Assembly (NCBI GenBank): GCA_017302015.1
Contig: JAFLEE010000014.1
Location: forward strand, 5,097 to 69,096
DNA: 64,000 nt
Direction: 5' to 3'
Source: Spirochaetota bacterium
GTDB taxonomy: Bacteria > Spirochaetota > UBA12135 > COTS27 > JAFLEE01
The position numbers and the translations under genes are program-made. Shown piece by piece: positions 39,516 to 48,914 of this stretch (position 1 is the stretch's first letter; every line of letters begins with the position of its first letter). The notes under the pieces were generated by a model. It was given only the letters and a program-made list of their open reading frames with translations, searched no databases and was not told the origin of the DNA.

Positions 39516-41707
39516 AGAAAAATAGAGCCTCATCCATCGACGCTTCCTGGCTCACCCGACCCGAGGGCCGGGTCTTCAATAACCTGACCATCGCCGATAC
39601 GGCGGCGGGCCGGGCCGAACTCGCCCTCATCACCGGCGAGAAATTCATGGCGACGGCGGCGAAGGCCGGGGGCAAGACCGTGTTCGCCGACGCGAAGAAC
39701 CAGCATTACGCGCTCCACGAAACCACCGTGAGCGAGAAGCATCCCGGCCTGGGGAAGCGCGATCTGGTCGCCGAACTCATCCAAGCGTCCAAGAAACGGG
39801 GCTTGCGCTTCGTCGCCTATGTGCCCGTGGATTGCGACATGCGGGCGTGGCGGGAGCACCCCGAATGGCGCCCCCGGCGGGCCGACGGGAGCAGCCTCGT
39901 CGACCGCGTCGGCTTCCCCCGGCTCTGCGAGAACTCGCCGTTTAAGGATTTCATGGCGGCCTATTGCGCGGAACTCGCGGCAAACTACGAGATCGCGGGG
40001 TTCTGGTTCGATGGGCTGGGGCTGGCCTCGGCGCCGGAGTTCTGCTATTGCGATTCGTGCGCCCGGGGCTTCCAGGAACTCCACGGCCAACCCCCGCCCC
40101 AAAAAGGAGCGCCCGCCGAATCGTGGGCGCTTTGGCGGAAGTACCGGGCGGCCGGACTTCGGGGGACGATGAAGTCCCTCCGCGATGCGATCCGCCGGGT
40201 GAAGCCCGGCCTCCCCCTCATCACCGGCATCGGATCGGGGAATTGGCAGAATACCTCGACGGATTTCCTCGACTATTCCGACATGGCCGAACACGAGAAC
40301 GCCTGGTCTTGGGCGCCGGCGTCCATGCAGATCCTGAGGGCCGTCCACGGAAAGACCCCCGAATACTATATCCCGACCTTCCAGTACGGCCCCAGCTACC
40401 CGCTCACGCTCCCCTTGGAGGAATTGCGCGCCAAAGCCTTCACCGCCATCGCCAACGGAAGCGTACCGACTTTCACGATGAAGGGCCGCCCCGAACTCCT
40501 GCGCACCGTGAACCGCGAACTCGCCGCGCGTTCGGCCTATTGCGTGGGCGCCGAAGAGCTGCCCTATTGCGGGATCGTCTTTTCCGAGCGCTCCATGAAC
40601 GCCTGCGACCCCGCTCCTTTCGCCGAGCCGAGCCATTTCACCACCTACGGCGTGCTGCGCGCCCTCTTCGAGGAAAAAATCCCCGAGCAGTACCTAAGCG
40701 ATCGGCAATTAAACGGCGACCTCTCGCGCTTTGCGGTGATCGTCCTTCCCGATATCGGCTACCTCCCCGAGGAGACCGCGGAGAAACTCCGCAAGTATGT
40801 CGCCGCGGGGGGCGGCCTCGTGGCGATGCACCGAACTTCCCTCATGGACGGAAAGGGCGCCCCGATGGCCAATTTCCTCCTCGCCGACCTCTTCGGCGTC
40901 GACTTCGCCGGGGAACTCCCGGAGACGACCGAACTTCCCCCCTGGTTCGGCGATCTGCGCGACGGCACCGAATACCCCAATAGCCAGAAGATGAAGTTCC
41001 TCGCCACGGCCCGCCATCCCATCGTCGACGAACTCATCCGCACCGCCCACTCCATCGAGGTCATGCCGGAATTCCTGCGGGGAACGCCCGCGGACTGCCG
41101 GCTTCCCTTCATGGCCCCCATGCTGAAGGTTTCGGCCCGCCCGGGAACGGACCTGGCCATGTGGGAAGGCGCTCAGGAGCCGGGAAAGAAATGGCCCCTC
41201 GTCACCACCCGGCGCTTCGGAAAGGGCCGAGTCGCCTATCTCGCCGCGGACCTGGGGCGCGCCTACGTCGACCACCATACCTTCCCCTACCAGCGGCGCA
41301 TCATCACCAACGCGGTGCGCTTCGCCGCCCGCCAAAGGGCCCCGGTCTCGGTGGAGGCTCCGCTCCATGTACAGATGACCGCCTTCACCCAAGGGGAGCG
41401 CCAGATCATCCACCTACTCAACGACGCCCATCCCCACGGGCTTCCGCCCCTGACCAAGCAGACTTGGAACGGCTATTACACCAATTTTTCCCGGGTGCAC
41501 GAGGAGACCGTCCCCCTATACGGCGTGAAGGTCACCCTCGACGGGAAGTTCCGCAGCGTGCGCTATGTGCCCGGGGAAGCGAAACTCCCCATGACGTACG
41601 CCGCGGGGAAAACAACCGTCATCCTCCCGCGTCTAGACCTGCACGGCATGGTGGTGGCGGAGAAGGCCGGCCTTCCTCGGCCTCCTGAGCGTACCACCAG
41701 GCATTAG
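39512..41707 (+). CDS. glycoside-hydrolase-like protein with beta-galactosidase-trimerisation-like domain (GHL6 / GH42-related)
   Basis: ATG 39512 overlaps the upstream stop (ATGA). ...FVAYVPVDCDMRAWREHPEWRPRRADGS...YEIAGFWFDGLGL... and a C-terminal A4-beta-gal-like region (...IVLPDIGYLPEETAEKLRKYVAAGGGLVA...). Confidence 0.7.
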   Translation: MKKNRASSIDASWLTRPEGRVFNNLTIADTAAGRAELALITGEKFMATAAKAGGKTVFADAKNQHYALHETTVSEKHPGLGKRDLVAELIQASKKRGLRFVAYVPVDCDMRAWREHPEWRPRRADGSSLVDRVGFPRLCENSPFKDFMAAYCAELAANYEIAGFWFDGLGLASAPEFCYCDSCARGFQELHGQPPPQKGAPAESWALWRKYRAAGLRGTMKSLRDAIRRVKPGLPLITGIGSGNWQNTSTDFLDYSDMAEHENAWSWAPASMQILRAVHGKTPEYYIPTFQYGPSYPLTLPLEELRAKAFTAIANGSVPTFTMKGRPELLRTVNRELAARSAYCVGAEELPYCGIVFSERSMNACDPAPFAEPSHFTTYGVLRALFEEKIPEQYLSDRQLNGDLSRFAVIVLPDIGYLPEETAEKLRKYVAAGGGLVAMHRTSLMDGKGAPMANFLLADLFGVDFAGELPETTELPPWFGDLRDGTEYPNSQKMKFLATARHPIVDELIRTAHSIEVMPEFLRGTPADCRLPFMAPMLKVSARPGTDLAMWEGAQEPGKKWPLVTTRRFGKGRVAYLAADLGRAYVDHHTFPYQRRIITNAVRFAARQRAPVSVEAPLHVQMTAFTQGERQIIHLLNDAHPHGLPPLTKQTWNGYYTNFSRVHEETVPLYGVKVTLDGKFRSVRYVPGEAKLPMTYAAGKTTVILPRLDLHGMVVAEKAGLPRPPERTTRH

Positions 41708-41829
41708 GGGAGATCCTCGCTCGGCGGGAATGCCCATTCTCGATCCTTCCAACTCTGCGTGGATGGGTGGCCCTTTCACGGCTTTCCCGGTTCCTTAGCC
41801 TGATCATAGAATGGCACGGCAGGCTTCTC

Positions 41830-43080
41830 ATGCGCCCCCGAAAACTCATCGCCGTCTTCTTCGGCAATATGTCGTTCCGTTCCCTGGGCGACGACGTGCT
41901 CGGCGACTTGGTGCGTTCCCTGGGGGAAGTGCGGCGCAGCCGCGACCTCAACCTCGTCTTCTACGACCGAAAAGACCGGCTGGACGCCTTCGAGGGCACG
42001 GGCGAGTGGCGCGATTACGACGGGGTCCTGGGGTGCGTCCCTTCGTCCGACCCCGTGGCGGTGGCCGCCTGGGAACGCTTGGAACGCCGTCTCCCCTGCG
42101 TGGCGTTCCTGTCCGCGCCCCTTTCCGAATCCGTCCACCGGCATTATGTGGGCATCGATGAACGGTCGGCCTGCGAGCTCCTGGTTTCGCATGTGGGGGA
42201 CCAGGGGGCCCGGTCCATCGGCTGGTGCGCCTTCGCCGCGGAGCGCTTCACGCGCCAGAGGTTCGAAGGGTACCGCAGCGCGCTCTCCCGACGGGGGTGG
42301 CCCCTGCGGCAAGCATGGGTGCACGGATTTTCTGTCGAGACGGGCGCCCCCCTCCCCGGAAGGTGGCGGGCGACTCCGGGGAACCGGCCTTCCACGTCCT
42401 CGCGCTTGTCGGTCTACCGCCGCCTCTTGGCGGCGAAGCCCCGCCCCGATGCCATCCTGTGCGAGGGCGACCCCATGGGCTTGGAGTTGATGGCCGAAGC
42501 GCGGTGCCTCGGGTTGCGCGTGCCCGAGGACCTCATGGTCACCGGCTTCGATAATAGCCGCTCGATCCTCGGAGCGCGCCCCGAACTCACCACCATCCAC
42601 CAGGATTTTCGGCGCATCGCCCGCGAGGCGCTCCTGCTCCTCCTCGAACTCATCGGGAAACCGCGGCCCGGGCCCGAGGCGATCCTCCTGCCGCCCCGGC
42701 TCCTCGCCCGCGCTTCGACGCTGAGGCGGGGCGACCGAACGGGGGAGCCCAACATTGCCGAGCGGCGCCGGGATTGGGGGCGGCGCCTGGATCGCCACCT
42801 GGGAGATCCGGGCCCCGCGGCGCTCCTCGCGGGGGAGCTGGGGCTGTCCACCCCCTATTTCCTTCGCCGATGGCGCGCCCTCATGGGGGAGCCGTTCGTG
42901 AAGGACCTCAACGAGCGCCGCTTGGAGAAGGCCGCCCGAAGCCTCCGTTCCACGAAAAAATCCGTCACCCTCGTCTATCTGGAATGCGGGTTCTCCAACC
43001 ACGTGCACTTCAACCGGCTCTTCCGGCGGGCCTATGGGCAGACGGCGCGGGCCTACCGAAATACATACGAAAACCGATGA
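41830..43080 (+). CDS. XylR-like regulator: periplasmic-binding-protein-like sensor domain fused to C-terminal AraC-type HTH (alternative start 41767)
   Basis: N-terminus KLIAVFFGN...FYDRKD...DGVLG...VAFLS (PBP-like), C-terminus ...LAGELGLSTPYFLRRWRALMGEPFVKDLNERRLEKAARSL...LVYLECGFSNHVHFNRLFRRAYGQTARAYR. Confidence 0.75.
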   Translation: MRPRKLIAVFFGNMSFRSLGDDVLGDLVRSLGEVRRSRDLNLVFYDRKDRLDAFEGTGEWRDYDGVLGCVPSSDPVAVAAWERLERRLPCVAFLSAPLSESVHRHYVGIDERSACELLVSHVGDQGARSIGWCAFAAERFTRQRFEGYRSALSRRGWPLRQAWVHGFSVETGAPLPGRWRATPGNRPSTSSRLSVYRRLLAAKPRPDAILCEGDPMGLELMAEARCLGLRVPEDLMVTGFDNSRSILGARPELTTIHQDFRRIAREALLLLLELIGKPRPGPEAILLPPRLLARASTLRRGDRTGEPNIAERRRDWGRRLDRHLGDPGPAALLAGELGLSTPYFLRRWRALMGEPFVKDLNERRLEKAARSLRSTKKSVTLVYLECGFSNHVHFNRLFRRAYGQTARAYRNTYENR

Positions 43081-43156
43081 CAGAAAAGGTATGATGACAG
43101 GCGCGTATCTCGGCCCCCCGGCCGCACCGGTATAATCAAGGGGTCAGGAGCCTCCC

Positions 43157-46100
43157 ATGCGGTTCATCCCCCCCTTCGCCCTCCTCCTCGCCTGTCTCGC
43201 CGCCGAGGAGGCTCCCCGGCCGGCCTTCGACGCCAGCGGGGCGATCCGCTTCGCCGACAAGTCGCTCACCATGGCGAAAGGGCACCTCCTCTATACGGTC
43301 GACGGGAAGGAACTCATGAATCTCTACCCGTTCTGGTCCGCGCCCGGGCAATCCTACGGGGAAGCCGGCTACGGGGATACCCAAACGGTCAACGGCCTCG
43401 ACGCCGCCGCGGGCGAGTGGGTGGTCGCGGCGACCCTGCCCAAGGCCGGCGACGCGAAGTACGAGATCCGCGTCGGGGTGCTGCCCGACGGGCTCGTGCG
43501 CTACCGGGTGCGCTTCACCGAACTCGGTGATCTGAAGAGCAAGGCGCTCCAGGTGCGCTTCCCCAAATCGACCCTCGACGGGACGACCATCCGCGATGAG
43601 GGGCAAGACATCACCGTGGCGCCGTTCGACGGGGAACGCAAGAGCTTCCTCTTGCCCAAGGGCCACAGGCCCGAGTTCTTCGCCGAAAACCCCGACCGCG
43701 CCATCGGTATAAGCCTGCTCAAGCACGACGAACGGCAGACCCGCTACGGCATCAGCGACGCCCGCCACGACAAGGGTCTGCCCCGCATGGAATACCGGCC
43801 GGGGTTCAACGCCGAGAACGAGATCGAACTCACCTTGGACCTGCGCAAACTCAGCGACGCCCGGCGAAGCCGGCTGGGGAAGGAGAAGGGGGATGCGTGG
43901 GACTTGCTCGGCCTCGGGAAATTCAACCGCATGGAACTCCCGAACTTCGCCGCGTCCTCCAACCTCATCCAGAATCCCGGGTTCGAGGAGGGGTTCCACG
44001 GCTGGGAACTGGTCGGGGCCACCCGGGTGACCAATTTGGACCACCTGCGCGATTGGCTTCTCATCGACGACCGGGTCGCCTTCCAGGGCAAGCGCAGCCT
44101 GCGCTTCGAACTGCGGCCATCCTACCAGACCAACTTCAACACCACCCTTTCCCTCGTGGCCCCCTACGCGTTCCAACTCAAGGTCGGCAAGAAGTACACC
44201 CTCAGCTTCTACGCGAAGGCCGAGACGGACGGCCTCAGCGTCGGCACGGTGGCCTGGGGCGCGAAAACCTGGGGCAAATGGCTGGGGGCGACGCGCGTGA
44301 AACTCACCCGCGACTGGAAGCGCTTCACCGTCAGTTTCGCCCCCACCGAGACCCTGACCACGGTGATGTTCGGCGTGCCGTGGTGGTTCGATGAGACCTA
44401 CCAGGGCGTGCGCGAGACCACCCATTTCTGGGCCGATGCCTTCCAATTGGAGGAGGGCGAGGCGGCCACCGAGTTCACGGTGAAGCCCGTCTCCATCCTC
44501 GCCGACGGCCTCAAGGCCTGCTACGGGCTCCGGGAAGAGAAGCCGATCGCCCTCCAACTCGTCAATAACCGCGACGTCGAATGCACCGTGAACGCGGTGG
44601 TGAGCGTGCGCGATTTCTTCAAGAACGAGGTGGCGGCCAAGGTCTTCCAGGGGGTGAAACTCCCCCCCGGGGCGCGGGTGCCCCTCGCCTTCACCCCCGG
44701 GAAGGAACTCGCCGCCATCGGGTACTACACGGTGCGCGTGGGGGTCGAGTCGGGCGGCCAGCAGGACCGGGATTTCTTCCCCTTCACGGTCATCGATCCC
44801 TATTCGAAGGAAGAACTCGCGGCGATGAAGCACCGCCTCTTCTTCACCTGGGGGAACACCCCCGGCGGCGACCGCGAGCGCAACGTGCGCCGGCTGCGCG
44901 AACTCGGCGTCGGGGGCCTCCAGCCCCAGATGTACCCCATGGACGAGGGCTCCTACCGGCTCATCGCCAACGAGGGGATCCTCCAATTCACGGGGCTCTT
45001 CGGCAGCGACGCCAACAACATGTACATCGCCGACCCCGCCGAGCGGGCCCTCGTGGCGCCCCTGTGGCACCTCAAGCGCTTCGAGGGCCCGGCCTACGAG
45101 GCCTACACGAATTTCCTGCGGGACACCTGGATCCCCCGCTACCGGCATTATCCCTACATCAAGTTCTTCAACGAGCCCCACCTCACCTTCGCCGAGGGGG
45201 TCGACGCCTTCGGCCCGAGCAATATGGCCAAACTCTACCGCGACCTCGCCCCGATCCTCCGCGCGGGCATCCCCGGGGTGAAACTCATCTCCAGCGACCC
45301 GGCCAATATCGGCGACCAGGCCCGCCGATGGCACGAGCAGGTCTTCGCCGCGGGCGGCGGGAAGGTCCTCGACATCCTCGCCGGCCACCCCTACCGCGAG
45401 AAGCCGGAGCGGCCGGACCTCGACGCCGATATCCGGGCCTTCATCGACCTCGCCGACCGGCTGGAGTTCAAGGGCGAACTCTGGTTCACCGAGGCGGGGA
45501 ACCACCCCATGCTCCAACTCCCCGGATTCGGGGCCGTGGAACCGCGCCACAGCGCCCTCACCGGCGACCTGCCCGGCCGGCGCGGGCTCATCGCCTATAA
45601 TATCCGCTACCTGCTGATGACGCTGAAATACGCGGACCGCATCCGCATGTTCCTCAATTGGAAGGTCGGTATCGCCCTCAACGCCCTCGACGGCACCCCG
45701 AGCCCCGTGGGGGTGGAATACAACGCCGTGGCCCGGGCCTTCGGCAATAGCCGCTACGTGCGCGATTTCGCCTACGCCGACGGGGTGAAGACCCTCCTCT
45801 TCGACGACGGGGGCGGACGGGGCGTGGCCGCCATCTGGGATTTCGAAGACCGCCTCGAGGCCGGGGAACGCAAGCCCAACCGCTTCCGCCTCCACGCCAA
45901 GGGCGGGGCGACCGCCGCCGATCTCTTCGGCCGGCCCCTCCGCCACGCCACCCGGGAGGGCGACGACCTCTATTTCGACCTCGAGGAGGTGCCCGCGATC
46001 CTGCGCGCCCCCGATGTGAAGACCCTCGCGGAGGCCCTGGAAAAATCCGGCGTGCAGTACGGCGCGGCGGAACAAGTGGCCGTCGCCGTCGGCCTCTCCG

Positions 46101-47008
46101 GTTTCACGACGCTGAAGCTCGATTTCAAGAACCGGGGCGCCACGGCGTTCAGCGGGACCGCGTCGGTGAAGGTGGACGGGAAGCCGAAGGAGCTCCCCCT
46201 CGCCCTAAGGCCCTTCGGGGAACAATCGGTGCCCGTGCCCGTACGGGGGGACGGCGACTCGGCGCGCTATAGCCTCGCCACGCCCATCCGCTTGGTCGAT
46301 GCCCAGGGCAAGCTCGTCAGCGAGTCGGGCGAGCGGCGCTACCATGCCCTCTTCTGCAACCGGCGCAAGGGGCCCATCGCCATCGACGGCGACCTTTCGG
46401 ATTGGGCCGGCTACCGCTCGGGGCTCGTGGGCAAGGACGCCTTCGACGTCGTGGAATACCAGAAGGGCGCCCGCGCCGGCTTCCAAGACTTAGGCGCCCG
46501 CTTCTGGGCGGCGTGGGATGAATCGGCCCTCTACCTCGCCGTCGAAGTCTCCGACGATACCCACACCCAGGCCAAGACCGGCGGGGGCACTTGGGACGGC
46601 GATTCCGTGCAGGTCTTCATCGATGCGTTCCGCGACGGCCAAGAGACCTCCCTCGCCATGCAGGATGATTACGCCTACGCCTTCGCCAAGACGCCCCTGG
46701 GCGACCAGGTCTGGCGCGCCTTCAGCCCGGACCGCCAGCTCTCCTGGCTGGATATCCAGAATAACACCCTCGAGCCCGGCGTGGAGGCCAAAATCATCCG
46801 GGATGATGCGAAGAAGGTCACGCGCTACGAGCTGCGTTTCCCCGCCAAATACATCCAACCGGTGGCCCTCAAGCAGGGGAACGTCATCGGCCTCGGCCTC
46901 ATGGTCAACGACGCCGACGGCGGGGGGCGCAAGACGGCCATCACCACCTGCGACGGGAAGGAGGGGTGGATGAAGCCCTATAATCTCTCCTTCTTCTATT
47001 TCGAGTGA
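43157..47008 (+). CDS. 1283-aa secreted multidomain glycosidase: GH-A catalytic domain + CBM4/9-like + C-terminal CBM9-like
   Basis: Signal peptide MRFIPPFALLLACLAAEEAP. CBM4_9-like NLIQNPGFEEGFHGWELVGATRV. Catalytic ...YIKFFNEPHLTF... (NEP) and ...ELWFTEAGNH... (nucleophile-like TE). C-terminal ...ARFWAAWDESALYLAVEVSDDTH... CBM9 signature. Confidence 0.8.
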   Translation: MRFIPPFALLLACLAAEEAPRPAFDASGAIRFADKSLTMAKGHLLYTVDGKELMNLYPFWSAPGQSYGEAGYGDTQTVNGLDAAAGEWVVAATLPKAGDAKYEIRVGVLPDGLVRYRVRFTELGDLKSKALQVRFPKSTLDGTTIRDEGQDITVAPFDGERKSFLLPKGHRPEFFAENPDRAIGISLLKHDERQTRYGISDARHDKGLPRMEYRPGFNAENEIELTLDLRKLSDARRSRLGKEKGDAWDLLGLGKFNRMELPNFAASSNLIQNPGFEEGFHGWELVGATRVTNLDHLRDWLLIDDRVAFQGKRSLRFELRPSYQTNFNTTLSLVAPYAFQLKVGKKYTLSFYAKAETDGLSVGTVAWGAKTWGKWLGATRVKLTRDWKRFTVSFAPTETLTTVMFGVPWWFDETYQGVRETTHFWADAFQLEEGEAATEFTVKPVSILADGLKACYGLREEKPIALQLVNNRDVECTVNAVVSVRDFFKNEVAAKVFQGVKLPPGARVPLAFTPGKELAAIGYYTVRVGVESGGQQDRDFFPFTVIDPYSKEELAAMKHRLFFTWGNTPGGDRERNVRRLRELGVGGLQPQMYPMDEGSYRLIANEGILQFTGLFGSDANNMYIADPAERALVAPLWHLKRFEGPAYEAYTNFLRDTWIPRYRHYPYIKFFNEPHLTFAEGVDAFGPSNMAKLYRDLAPILRAGIPGVKLISSDPANIGDQARRWHEQVFAAGGGKVLDILAGHPYREKPERPDLDADIRAFIDLADRLEFKGELWFTEAGNHPMLQLPGFGAVEPRHSALTGDLPGRRGLIAYNIRYLLMTLKYADRIRMFLNWKVGIALNALDGTPSPVGVEYNAVARAFGNSRYVRDFAYADGVKTLLFDDGGGRGVAAIWDFEDRLEAGERKPNRFRLHAKGGATAADLFGRPLRHATREGDDLYFDLEEVPAILRAPDVKTLAEALEKSGVQYGAAEQVAVAVGLSGFTTLKLDFKNRGATAFSGTASVKVDGKPKELPLALRPFGEQSVPVPVRGDGDSARYSLATPIRLVDAQGKLVSESGERRYHALFCNRRKGPIAIDGDLSDWAGYRSGLVGKDAFDVVEYQKGARAGFQDLGARFWAAWDESALYLAVEVSDDTHTQAKTGGGTWDGDSVQVFIDAFRDGQETSLAMQDDYAYAFAKTPLGDQVWRAFSPDRQLSWLDIQNNTLEPGVEAKIIRDDAKKVTRYELRFPAKYIQPVALKQGNVIGLGLMVNDADGGGRKTAITTCDGKEGWMKPYNLSFFYFE

Positions 47009-47228
47009 GGCGGATGGGGGACGATCGGCCTTTGGCGACCTGAGGAACTGCGCTCCCACGGGCTTTCGCCCCTGGGTGCGTTTCGGACCCGGTTCGTTCA
47101 TTTTTCCATCCCCGGGATCGCCGGGGCCCCGCGATGGGCAAATTCCGGGTCCATTTGCTATACTCATATATAGTAAAGACTTGAAAGGGCGCCTTCGCGA
47201 ACCGGGCGCCTTTTGGGACCCGCCCCGT

Positions 47229-48800
47229 ATGACAACCGGAAAAATCCTCATCGCCGCGGCCCTGCTGGCCTCGGCCGCCTGGCCTCAGCGGGAGCCCATC
47301 GCCCCCTTCGAACTTCCCCAGACCGCCCCGCGGGTTTCGCCCATCGACGACCTGGTCTTCGACAAACTCGCCGCTTCGGGGAAGAAGCCCAATTACCTCG
47401 TCAGCGACGAGGTCTATGCGCGGCGGGTCGCCTTCGACCTCACCGGCACCCTGCCCACCGCCGCCGAAATGCGGGCTTTCCTCGCCGACCGGTCCACGAA
47501 CAAACGTGCCCGCCTGGTGGACCGCCTGCTGGCATCGGATCCTTACGCCTCCTACTTCACCATGAAATGGTGCGATCTCCTGCGGGTGAAGAGCGAGTTC
47601 CCCATCAACCTCTGGCCCAACGCGGTGCAGGCCTACCAGCGCTTCATCTACGCCTCCATCAAGACCAACCTCCCCTTCGACCGTTTCAGCCGCGCGCTCT
47701 TGACCACGAGCGGCGGCAATTTCCTCGACCCCGCGGCCAATTTCTACCGGGCCGTCCAGAAAAAGGAGCCCTATAATATCGCCCAAGCGGTGGCCCTCAC
47801 CTTCATGGGCGCCCGTTTCGAGGCGTGGCCGGCGGCGAAGCAAGCGGGCCTGGCCGCGTTCTTCTCCAAGGTGGCCTATAAATCCACCCTCGAATGGAAG
47901 GAGGAGATCGTCTTCTTCGATCCCGACCTGCCCGCGTTCACCAACGAACGGGGGCAGCCCATCGATGCGGTCTTCCCGGACGGTGCCCGGGCCGCCCTCG
48001 ATCCCGCCGTCGATCCCCGCAAGACCTTCGCCGACTGGCTCCTGCGGCCCGAGAACCCATATTTCGGGAAGGCCATCGCCAACCGGGTCTGGTACTGGAT
48101 GATGGGCCGGGGAATCGTCCACGAACCCGATGATTTCCGGGACGGCAACCCGCCGCAGAACGCCGCGCTCTTGGCGTGGCTCGAGGGCGCCCTCGCCTCC
48201 AACGGCTACGACCTCAAAGCGCTCATGCGCCTCATCGCGGCCTCGGGCACCTACCAGCAATCCTCCATCCCCCTCGCGGTGTCCTGGAGCAACGATCTGA
48301 ACTTCTCCCGCTACCTGCCCCGGCGCCTCGAGGCCGAGGTGCTCATCGACGCGATCTGCCAACTCACCGGCACCTCCGAATCCTACTCGAGCCCCATCCC
48401 CGAGCCCTTCACCTTCATCCCCCCTTCCAGCCGCTCGGTGGACTTGGCCGACGGCAGCATCAATAGCGCCTTCACCGAGATGTTCGGGCGGCCCGCGCGC
48501 GATACCGGCACCGAGGCGGAGCGCAATAACACGCCCAACGCCGAGCAGAAGATCCACCTCCTCAACTCGAGCCATATCCTCGACAAGTTCAAGCAGGCCC
48601 GCAATTTCCGCCGCGCCATCGCCCAGGCCAAGGACCCCGAGAAATCCGTCGACGAGGTCTACCTCTGGGTGCTCTCCCGCGCCCCCACCGAGGCGGAACG
48701 CCAGGCGGCCCTCGCCTATTCCAAAGTGAACCGGGCCGAGCCGTGGATCGACCTGGCCTGGTCGCTGGTGAACGCCAATGAGTTCCAGTTCAAGCATTAG
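47229..48800 (+). CDS. DUF1549 / DUF1553 (PSCyt2/PSD1-type) protein, PVC-group specific
   Basis: Signal peptide MTTGKILIAAALLASAAW. ...RRVAFDLTGTLPTAAEMRAFLAD...KRARLVDRLLASDPYASYFTMKWCDLLRVKSE... (DUF1549) and a C-terminal DUF1553-like ...ARDTGTEAERNNTPNAEQKIHLLNSSHI... Confidence 0.8.
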   Translation: MTTGKILIAAALLASAAWPQREPIAPFELPQTAPRVSPIDDLVFDKLAASGKKPNYLVSDEVYARRVAFDLTGTLPTAAEMRAFLADRSTNKRARLVDRLLASDPYASYFTMKWCDLLRVKSEFPINLWPNAVQAYQRFIYASIKTNLPFDRFSRALLTTSGGNFLDPAANFYRAVQKKEPYNIAQAVALTFMGARFEAWPAAKQAGLAAFFSKVAYKSTLEWKEEIVFFDPDLPAFTNERGQPIDAVFPDGARAALDPAVDPRKTFADWLLRPENPYFGKAIANRVWYWMMGRGIVHEPDDFRDGNPPQNAALLAWLEGALASNGYDLKALMRLIAASGTYQQSSIPLAVSWSNDLNFSRYLPRRLEAEVLIDAICQLTGTSESYSSPIPEPFTFIPPSSRSVDLADGSINSAFTEMFGRPARDTGTEAERNNTPNAEQKIHLLNSSHILDKFKQARNFRRAIAQAKDPEKSVDEVYLWVLSRAPTEAERQAALAYSKVNRAEPWIDLAWSLVNANEFQFKH

Positions 48801-48914
48801 CCCAAGCCCGATGGCGCCCCGCAAGGGCCCGGACATCGCAACGCGCGCCACGCCGCCAAGCGCCCGGCGCGCAGGATGGCGGAACCTCGATCGAATCGCG
48901 ACCAGACGACCTGA

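Noticed and set aside
43136-46075. 979-aa antisense ORF opposite the 43157-47008 gene
   Set aside because: High-GC antisense artefact. Its composition is dominated by G, E, A, P and V runs.
47110-47126. Perfect hairpin ccccgg-gatcg-ccgggg in the intergenic region upstream of the DUF1549 gene
   Set aside because: A GC stem with no adjacent U-tract on either strand; it could be a chance palindrome in GC-rich DNA. Not called as a terminator.
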